Assembly: GCA_036172245.1 (NCBI GenBank) | Contig: JAYWIR010000056.1 | Location: forward strand, 620,001 to 684,000 | Direction of reading: 5' to 3' | Origin: Raillietiella orientalis | Taxonomy: Eukaryota | Length of the DNA: 64,000 nt | Part shown: positions 13,839 to 23,400 of the stretch, piece after piece | Numbering within the stretch: position 1 is the stretch's first letter | Layout: every line of letters starts with the position of its first letter | Position numbers and translations under genes: made by a program | The notes under the pieces: model-generated | Told to the model about the DNA's origin: nothing | Databases searched by the model: none | What the model saw: only the letters and a program-made list of their open reading frames with translations

Positions 13839-14299
13839 TGCTCTACAAACTTCCCACGTCTTTGATTAAACCACGATCGGCTCAACACATGGCTTGGCCC
13901 GTTCCGATGTTTTGATGTTAACAACCATAAAATGAACCACTCGGGTGACTCGAAGCCGGATTCGTGTACATGACAAGCAAAGTACCATCGAGCATTCGCA
14001 AAAGGCAATTTTTTTTTTTTTTTTTCTGGGGAGGGGGGGGGGGGTACGGTACACGTATCTATATAAGACTGTTGAGTCGCACTTCCAAGGAGGGCTGTGG
14101 GTTCCCCCCCGTGGTGGGAACCAGGCTTGCAACCCACCAGGCTTGCTCGTGACTTCGAGGCTTGAAAACGGGGGGGGAAAAAAAAAAAAGAGCTTCGCGA
14201 GGTGTTTCTTTGCGGCGGCCAGGATTGCATTCCCCACTTCCCCAGCCACAGATCTGGCGATTTTTTAACAGATTATTCGGTGCGTTTCCTTCGTTTTAT

Positions 14300-15150
14300 T
14301 GATTTGTTTTTTGTTTTTTATAACTTTCGTACACTCCCTCCCCCCCTCCCTCCTTCCCCCAAAATCTCCCAAACCGAGGGTTTGGTCTGCAAAACGGATG
14401 GGGTACGTGCCCACTTCAGAAGAAGGTTTTCATGTCTTTGCAGAGATCGATAACAACATGCATGTTGAATAGGTGAAAGTGTCCGATTTGTGCTTGCATT
14501 ACTGTTTTACGAGTACACGGAATGCGTTAACCTTGAATCCGTCGTGCTTCGATCATTCCACACCGTGGAGTTGTTTTCTAATTGTATGCTTCAAGGTCTG
14601 GAACTTCCTTTTTTTTTTTTCTTTTCACAGTTGTCATATGAGCTGGTTCCTAATCAAGGTACTTAAGTTTCCGCATAGCTTCCTGAACACACTTGTTTTA
14701 TTCGAGTTTCTTAACTGATCCCAAAGCAGGAGATCTTACTACTACTGTTATTTACTATAATGCTACTACTGATCTTACTACTACTGAAATTTTCTTACTA
14801 CTGTTACAAGCATTGCGGCGAAAATTCACTGCTTTACTCACGGCCCTCTGGGTGACTTGGAATGGAAAATCTTCTTCAAAGAATGGCATTAAGTTGAAGA
14901 CTGATTGATGTTACGTTGTGACAGATATATATTCACCCAATCTGATGAGGGTCTCTTCAGCGTACTACACTTTTCAGTCACTTGTATTTTTCGACCTGCA
15001 CAGGCCAATTAATCAATGAACGACCAGGTTTTTAGCATCCCTTGTTTGCTGCACATACATTGCTAACTGTTCATCTGTAGCTAGTTCATCTGTCCTAAGT
15101 TTGCAGCTAGATACTCACATGCATTTCCTTGGAGGTTCAGGCAATACACC
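14300..15150 (+). ncRNA. Candidate spliced non-coding transcript divergent from TGFBRAP1 (micro-exons; possible snoRNA host)
   Basis: Chain of GT-AG introns 14403-14443, 14473-14630, 14659-15003 and 15028-15080 (the last with a GCTAAC branch site) separating 24-29 nt exons. Spliced ORFs are only a few codons long. Start and end are unknown. Confidence 0.35.
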
Positions 15151-15249
15151 AGCCTTAATAAGAGAACAACGGGTCCTCCCCATGAAAGGTTTGGATTATG
15201 ATAAATAGAAACCGTACTGTTAAAAGTGCATGGAAGAGCGCAGGTGCTT

Positions 15250-16000
15250 TGTGTGTGCATTTGCTTCCTCATGAGTGATTGCCCCAGAGCACCCCTCTTG
15301 AACCGGAAACTCTTAAGTAAAGATCAAGTTTTGCTTCCAATGCTCGAATACTTTCCATAAGCACATAAACTGACCGACTCATCATTGCTTTGGCTCACTT
15401 GGAACTCGAATATTAAGGAGTACCACACTCTCGTTTACGCAGCGTCCAAACATATCAAGTATAACGATACAGGCAGCAGAGGTTCCAAAAACCCTTATTT
15501 CAAAAAAAAATCACCGAGTCGGATGTAAGAGAATTTATTCTTTATTGTTTAAGTGAATAAAGAAGAAGTGAAGTGCTTAACTGGAAAATTTTACATCTCT
15601 TGTACTGGATTACATTGGTTATTCCCTTTTTAGTTTCACGGGAAGAAAACTTCTTTTAGCTCATACAACTGCCCAGTATCGTTGGATTTATCATGAAGAT
15701 GCTTAATTTATTTGCTGCTTTGCATTTCACTGATCAGGGCTTGAGCTTTGTTCTCACGGATGAATCACTACATCAAATCGTTCCGTTTTTAAAATTAGCA
15801 AGAGCCAATAGCATTTTTATCAGCTGTAAGTAAGGCAGAACAGTGATTAGACCGCAAGTCTTGGAGCTCCCAAAGGAATAGAATTCCTAGATCGAAAGGA
15901 GTGAATAGTGTGGCAGAAAACATGGTCACTACCCATGTATCTTTCCCCAGTTTATAAAGCAGGCTTACACAGGTGCCTGCCTGATTATTTCCATTTTGAT
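15250..16000 (-). mobile_element. Highly decayed, AT-shifted L1/Tx1-like RT remnant
   Basis: Minus strand gives ALLTADK (SLL.ADYK-like, ~15800) followed in order by VSLCAYG (VSL.AYADD-like, ~15360). Confidence 0.4.
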
Positions 16001-17099
16001 GATTTAATGAAATAGGTCACTAATTCCTGTAAATTGAATTAGGTGCAGAATGTCTCAGTACATACTTCTACACTATGATCCATCTCATCTTTCCCCTCAT
16101 ACCTCGAAATCCATTTTTATAAGTCAGCAGACTTTTGAACGTGAAGAACTTTGGTGGCTCCGTTCTTGAAATCCTAAGATAATCGGACGTTCGATAAGCT
16201 GATTGAGGTTAATGACGCCCTTTGCATTCTTACTTTAAGTTTTTCCAAGTTTAAGATTGGCTTGCATTTCAATAAATTCAGTCGCACAGTAATTAAGAGT
16301 GATCCAGTGCAGATTGTGAGAGTAAGGTTAGTTAAAGTGCCTCATCTCCACAAGAAAAATCATTTTACTATGATCATTTTAGTGGATCTTTTTGACAAGT
16401 ACAATGCTCAGCTCATTGTATGCCCATTCTCCTAAACAATTTAAGATGCATAAGGAAACGAGATGCATGCTCAATGATATTCAGCATCCATAGAGTTAAA
16501 CATAGAAAAATGTGGTGATGGCAGAATTCATTGAGTTGCAGCTTACAAAACGTGCCAGACAAATTACTTCAGTTCGATATTTTAAGCACACCTTAAAATC
16601 ATAATAAATACATCTCGTCTTCACATTTTAGATAGTTGAACCGTACCACATCCAGCATCTCCTTCATATGAACATCAGATTTCAGAAACATTTTGAGAAC
16701 ACTTTATCACAGGTTTTTGTCTCCAGTAATGAATCCATTACTTCTTAAAGTTCTTTTCTGTTCTAGGAAAATCTACTGACTTATATATTAATCATCCATG
16801 CATAAAAGTGTTTGAACTAGGATGACTCTATCGAATTATTTGGATATGCCGATTTATTTCAGTACCATCTTATTATGCCTTGATGGTACAAGTGTTCATC
16901 ATTCCTTTGGGAGTGCCAGATAAAAACCAGTTTCACTTGCTCTCTGAGAACATGTGTTCCTGTTTTGAAGATTTCGAATTAATTCAACGAAAAGTATAGT
17001 CTCTTTTGTTTCCTATTTTCTTCTTCCCACCTGACTTCTCTTTGGTGTTCTCGCAAAACAAGAAAGCATCTCATCCATATGCTTATGAAACGAAGTGAA

Positions 17100-20000
17100 T
17101 GCCGAGTGCAGATCGGTAGTCAGATGAAGCAGATCTTTCCCTCTCCTGAACCGATGAGACAGACAAAGGGTTCCCAGAAAATTGAATTCCCCCAGTGATC
17201 TTTTGTGCGTTCGCAGCATTTCTTAAGGATCACCTTGAATGAGATTTGGAAGAGTGAATCTGGTCGCTCTCGAGATGAAACTCCCATTTGTTTTCCAGGA
17301 TTCGTTTCTTGCTTCAAACAAAGTAACAACTGCGGAAACCACTTCTGCCTTTTCTCTCGATGGAGCATTCAATTGAGAAGAAAGCGAGCTTCATCATGTA
17401 GCACTCCCAGTTAGGGAAATGTCCACTAGCAGTTCCCCTTGGGAGGAGGGCTAAGGGTGCACAGAAAGGAGGAGACGACAAATAAATCCCCCAAAAAGCG
17501 CATGGTTCGAGGAGGACGTCGACCACAGGTCTACCTTCTCTAGAGTTGCAGTCCTGTGCGGGAGAATCCCCTTCCTGTACGCTGCGCTCGATTAAGGTCA
17601 CCTATCGGCACGTTGACGTCGCACCATGGCGGCGGCCCCAACAACGGCCGCCTTCCCTTCCTGTCACAGTTTCCTCCTCGGAAGCGCTGCTGCGGTGCCA
17701 CGAACGTAGCAGAGTAACGTCATCGCCGTGAACACAGAGAGCCCCCGAGGAAGAAGGTTACGATACCTTACGAAGTCCAGCAGGGTGTCGGTTGGAGGAG
17801 GAAGGATTTGAAGCCAGCCCACAGCCCACGGTTCGATCCCTCCACCTCACCTCATGCAGTGTGGACAGGGACTCACGGGATGGCCTCTCTGCTCATCAAA
17901 GCCTCAACCTGACCTGCTAACCACCCGCTTCGGGGTCAGGTAGCTCCTGCGGTCGCTCACACGACACCTCTCTTCCGGTCTTAGACTCCGGATATCGGCC
18001 AGCCTGGAGTCTCCATCTTCCACGCAGCATCGGATGGGGGAGAGAGGCGAAAGGGAGGCTCGCAGCCGGGTGCTTTCCAATGGAGGATTGCTGACCGGAC
18101 CAGCTCCATCTCCTGCGCTTCCGGCATCTCCCCTTTCGACGGAACCGCGTGCGGCCCCCGTTGCGACCGATTCTCTTGCCACAGGAGGAGTGGAGGTGCC
18201 AGCCGCACGCGCACCTCTCGCGCATGCGCTTGGAAACCTCTCCAGCGTTGCGGTTGACAACCGCTGCGCTCTTGATTGCCGAGCAGCGACTCACCGCCCG
18301 AAGAGGCGGTGATAAAGGGAGGCTTGACGGCGCACCGGGGACTCACCGCTTCCCGTCAACCGACCCACAGGGCAGACGCCAGCCATTGGCCAGCCATCGT
18401 TTTGCAAGGCGATCGACGAGTACTCGGCGCAGCTTCCAAAGAGGGTAAACCCCCTTTCGGTTGCCTCGTAGGACTCAAGGAAGACGATATCTGGCTCCGC
18501 GGTGCATCGCTCGCACGGAGCGCCCGCCGGGTGCGACCCATCACCTAAGAGTCTTCTGCTGCGCAGGACCCAGCAGCAGCGAGGTGCCCCGGAAGAACGC
18601 GAAACCAAGCCGAGGACTGCCGCAGGAGGGGAGCTGCGAAGCAACGTCCAACGCTCTCGGGCGCTGTGCCGCTACCGTCGGACGGGTCGCCGCTTGTGAG
18701 GGACGGGAAGACACCGAGATGCCACCGCTGAGAAGGACAAAATCGCGGCAGCTAGAATAGCCCTCCAGCATTCCGCGAGTTCTCCAGAGGATTTTTTTCT
18801 TCTGGATACGATCATGCTTTGCCGAAAAGAAGGAGACACCGACTCCTCCGTCGACAACTTCGGGAAACGGCCAAGGGGGTATCCCGTCTCCATCAGGTTG
18901 CTTCAGAGACGGAGGGAAGGAACTCTTCTCGGCTGACGTCTCTGCTGAGTCACGGTGCCTGCGACTTTCTGCAGCCACGTATTCCGTCTCGAAATGCGGC
19001 AGGGATCGAAGGAGGTAGGTTTGTCGTAGAGGGGAGGTAGGGGAGCAGCCTCGCAGACCACCCACGCCTGAGGACATGAGTCCGCGGGATGTATGCCGCT
19101 CGTAATGCCGCTGCGCCTCTAAGACGAGTCCTTGGAACTGCATGTGCATTTCCGATCTCCCCGACGTCCGGACTCAAAGGCTGGCATCCCGAGGCGAAAG
19201 CAGCAACGTCTTTCAAGCAGACCTTCGACCTCCCGGACCATCCCAGGGCTTTCCGTGGGGAGGCCACTGGACTCTTATCTCCCACGCAAAGGGAGGAGGG
19301 CGAGCAAGAAGTATGAGAGGGGGAAGGAAAAGAGGCGGAGATCCTTTCTGACCCCTAGGGCCTTATGGGTCATGCTAAGCCCTTTGTCCACGATCAGGAT
19401 CAAGGTCTTCGCTGCCTTTCGAAGACAGGCGAGCCGCATTTCTGCCACGCAGAAGGTGTTTAGGGACATCCGAGGTTCTTCCGCGAACCGCATGCCGGGA
19501 ATCCCAGTCTCGTCCGGTCCTACTGCCCCACCAGCGAAGTTCTGGCTGGAACGACTTTCGACCTCTTGTCGGCGCCCATTCCCATTCTTTGCCGGAAGGG
19601 CGCTACGTTCCAGGCCTCCTGGGCGAGCGAGCGTGGTGGAAGAGGATGGTCGTCGTCTGCGTGAGCTGCTACAGATGGCGCGTGAGGATAGGAGCCCACG
19701 GGGCCTCTGGGGTCAGTCTGCACTCGATAGCACCAACTCGAAGTAGGTGCCGGACTGCCCCCTTTCCGGGTGCGCCTTAGTCCGGGGCGTGCCGTGAGCG
19801 TTCGGCGGGCTCCAGGAGAGACGAGTTGGAGGGTCGCCATCGCTCTACAATACGCACGCACGTTCGGTAGTGAGGTGGGCGCAAGGCCTAGGCTCTCCAA
19901 GACTCCTCCGAAGGGCGCCCGCCTCTTCGGCCTGGCGGCCGACCTTGGTCCTGCGCAGCGACCCTCCCGCCGAAAAGTCCGGAACCGGTCCTGCGCTAGG

Positions 20001-20250
20001 AACACGCCGATTCGTCCCTGCGCCCCTTCTTGGACCGGCGGGAGACCGCTCAGGGCCGCATGAGGCGCTACGCTTCCGCCGTGCGTCCCAGAAGCGCAGT
20101 CCACAAGGTCGAGACAACCTGACGTCTGCGCGCACCAGCGTAACTAACGCCGAGTCCTGAAGCTGCTCCCTTGGAAAGGAGGAACGCTCTCCCACCTCTG
20201 GAAGAGAGGTCCCGGTCTCCCGAATCTTACGCACTGGTCCTCACCATTTC
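17100..20250 (-). mobile_element. Decayed L1/Tx1-like LINE ORF2, RT to C-terminus (~3 kb)
   Basis: Ordered minus-strand remnants: GEPRPCAHLTTE (K.PG.DGL..EF), LGVRKDL...PLSYFLLALLPL (GVRQG.PLS..LF.LA.EPL), KVCLKDV (YADDV region), RIQKKKILWRTRG (KI..KL..W..R.L), and DSPAQDC..E....VLLEPCAFWG (zf-RVT, ~17500). Confidence 0.6.
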
Positions 20251-20829
20251 CTAGATCATCTCCTAGTTCCTGAACCTGGATTCGAAAACTTTAAGGTATG
20301 TGTGCGTTTTTTTCAATCCCCCCCTCCCCCTTCCCACCTCAAGCCCCTAACCTATTCCTGGAATGCAGCTGGAATTCAATGAGTCCGGAGCCAAGATGCG
20401 AATGGGCAAGATGCAGATTAGGATCTCATGCGTGCGGCAAACAGCGCTGAGGTCGTGGTGCGCGTGGTCTCCCCGCATGTCCGACTTTCTGCAGGTCGTT
20501 CGGCGCACACGGAAGACGAGTGCGCGTCGCGAATCCGTAATTCGGCCAGCCCAGTCGTCCGTGGTCAGTTCCTTATTTTTTTGTTTTTATAAAGGATGAT
20601 TATCACCCAGTTATGCTGGGACATTTATTATATAAATTAATAAAAATACATTATTGTGGTGGAACCCTTGGTTTTACCACGTGCAATGAACCTGTCGAAG
20701 AGAGCTGCGCAGACCGGCGAGGTCAGCTTCGGCAGCGCAGAGGAGGGAAAACAAAAACAAAAAAAATAAACACATGCCTCTATAGAGCCCAGGTGGGGCC
20801 ATCTCGCAGCGGTATTCTGAGGATCCGTG

Positions 20830-21800
20830 CCTAGTGGATGCCGTCCCTGCCATTTCGGCCCCTTCTTCTTCGGCGTTCCAGGCCGTCGTAATCCTGCGAA
20901 GACAGCAGAGGACTGCGAGTGACGCGGCTGGTGGCGGCCGTGCGGCACGCACGAAGAGGTGTCTGAAAATGTCCCTGGGGGCGCCCCCACTGGCGATCCT
21001 AGGGTCGCAGAAAGGCGATCCCAAAGGGGTCTGAAGGCAGCACAGTCCAACGGCAGGTTCGGGAGGGTTTCTTTCTTCCCGCACCTGTCGCACTGAGCGC
21101 CCACGCTCCTCCGTCTCCGATGGTAAAGGAGCTCTTTCCCTGGAATTCCCCCATGCAGCAACAACACCAACTTCCACTCCTGCCACTCGAGGAGGAGCGT
21201 ACCGCTGTTCCGGAACGGTGGGAACCACTCCACCTCCTCCAGAGGATTCCGAGCAGCTCTCCCCAGCGTACAAGCCCTTGGCGGTTGGGACACTCGGGGT
21301 CGCAGGGTCCTGAGGTTTGGATGACGGAGATTTGGGGTGGTTCTTCCGTTCCCGCTGCTTTCCTTACGGCTTTTCTTTTTCGGCTCTCAAGGAGTGCTGA
21401 AGAACCGTTCGCCCTCCTGGGAGCGTTTAAGAGTTTCGTGAGTCCCTCCCGAGAGGAACTCCCGATGCTCTTAAACGCCACCCGAGGGTGCATGTAACTT
21501 CTCAAGTTATAGGAGGCGAACCTCGGAGGGACCACCCTATGGGAATCCAGGAAGGGCTCCGTCCGTTCCTCTCACGCTTGGGAGGGAACCCCGAAGGCCG
21601 TTCCTAGAATTTCTTGTCCGGAGGCAACCCGGAAAGGATCCGCTTCCTGTTTCTTCCCCTGAAGATGAACCCGGAAGGGACGCTAGCCGATTTCTCTTCA
21701 GGGAGCTTTCCGAAGGTTGCGGCGCTCTTGTGATACTCCGGAGATGCAGCCCCCCGCGGAAGAGCATCAACCAGCTCCATGGTGCGGCTCCGTTTCCACA
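20830..21800 (-). mobile_element. L1/Tx1-like ORF2 C-terminal fragment with a recognisable zf-RVT
   Basis: WKLVLLLHGGIPGKELLYHRRRRSVGAQCDRCGKKETLPNLPLDCAAFRPLWDRLS fits W..LHG.LP....L.....C.RCG..ET..HL..C....LW. Confidence 0.75.
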
Positions 21801-21879
21801 GTCGGAGGGGAACTCCGAAGGGAACCGGCTCCCTGGTTCCTGGAAGGGTCCCCCGCAGGATCGACTCCCAATCCCGGCC

Positions 21880-22096
21880 GCTCAACGGAGGCATCTGAAG
21901 TCTACAGTTTCCGGTCTTGCACCGGTGCGGCATCTGAAGCCTACAGTCCAGCCAGCGTCATCCTTCAGGGGGGTGGGGAGCTACTCGAGGTCCACGACGC
22001 ACTCATTCGTCGGCGTCGATCCCTCCCCGGTCGGGATTCGAACCCGCGACGCTCGTTGCCACGTGCGGAGGCCGCAGCCACGCGGCCGCCGACGCG
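21880..22096 (-). mobile_element. tRNA-derived SINE
   Basis: Minus strand shows an A-box-like GGCGGCCGCGTGG and a perfect B box GGTTCGAATCC (plus-strand GGGATTCGAACCC near 22033-22045), without an intact cloverleaf. The 3' tail carries a duplicated CTGTAG(G/A)CTTCAGATGCC unit. Confidence 0.6.
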
Positions 22097-22699
22097 AGCC
22101 TATCAGTTCCTTTGAGACTGCCCGTCCTCGTTGCTGAGGTGAAGGAGTCTTCAGCTGGTCTCGCGATCGCTGCCACATATCAAAGGAGCCGTGGCATGCC
22201 CGGAGTCTCTCGCATTTTTTTCCTGGCGTTCTAGGAAGGATAAAATAGCTCATGGGGAGAGGGAATATCCCATTGTATCCTTCGTTTCTTCTATCACATC
22301 GGGATCCACGACGCGCACGTGTAGTTCACGCGTCACGTGAACAAATCGTGCAGACAGCGCGCATCTTTGCATTCATGGGGCTCGGATAGCTTTCCTGTTA
22401 GGAGGGAGGGAGGGAACATCCCTCGAAGTTCCCCTTTTGGTACTCGAAACGTCGTATCTTCCCCGAAAGCTCCCGAGCGCTCGCAGAGACGCCCTGCAAG
22501 AGCAAGGAACCATCGCCTTGATCAGAGATAAGTACAGTTTATTCTCCAGCAGCTCGCATTCCATCTCGGTCTCTACTGCCTCCGAAACGGAAACAAAAAC
22601 CCGGGATACTCAGGGATGCCGCTCTGTTCCGATTCCTTCATTCTCAGCGGCTTCTCTCTCCCTCTTTTTTTTTTTTTTCTTTTGTGGAGCCGCTCTGGC

Positions 22700-23400
22700 C
22701 GCGGGCTGCATTTGGCGCCATCCATCGAAATCGCAGCTCACCAATCGCGCCAAAGCCGAAGATCTCCGAAGAGACTCATCCCTGGAGTTTGTGGACCACT
22801 CCGTGTCGAACCAGCAAGATGGAGGATCGAGGGCTGAAGCGGACACGGGCTACTCCTGCGACGAGGCTGTGCAGCAGGCATCCGAGCGAAAGAGCAAACA
22901 CGAGAGAGCTGGATGCGGCTCGAGGTTTGCAGTAGCCGAGAATGATCGAAGTCCCCACGCGGCCTGTCGGAACGACCTGCGAGGCCAACGGGAAACAAGC
23001 CGCGGCCGTTACTTTTCGCTCGTCGTCGTAGTCGAAGTGGCACACCGGACGCGGCCATCCTTTCCACCCGTCCATACCTGTTCCCTTTAAGATGGTGCCT
23101 TTGGAAGACGTGGTGGAGGCGGAGCGGCTCCACAGCTCCCTGCTGGAGAAACGACCACAGGTCATTTAAGTCCACGAGTAGCATCGATGCGTTTCGAGGA
23201 ATCCGACCACTCCTTGCCCAGCGGAGCACAACGGAGGTTGTTTGGCTGCGCTTTGCCTGTCTGGAGGACGCTCACTCCTTGGAAACCGAATACCTCCCTA
23301 AGAAAGGCCACTTTTTGGCATTCGAAAGGCATTTGAAACACGAAAGGGGAGAATTCGCGGTCCATTAGGCACACCTGACAACACTAAGAAAATTCTTTCG
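22700..23400 (-). mobile_element. Decayed APE-endonuclease region of an L1/Tx1-like LINE
   Basis: Minus strand LLVDLND (LLGDFN-like) is followed at plausible spacing by GDFDHS (SDH motif-like). Confidence 0.4.

Noticed and set aside
14942..14975. CTGATGAG as a hammerhead core or C box; GTGA as a SECIS core
   Set aside because: No GAAA after a stem II, no properly spaced D box, and no apical AA or 3' GA for a SECIS.
17780..17845. B-box-like GGTTCGATCCC (similar words at ~10318 and ~29647)
   Set aside because: No convincing A box or cloverleaf; at most very decayed SINE heads.
22020..22096. Functional tRNA gene
   Set aside because: The B box is perfect but the acceptor and anticodon stems do not form, so it was treated as a SINE head.
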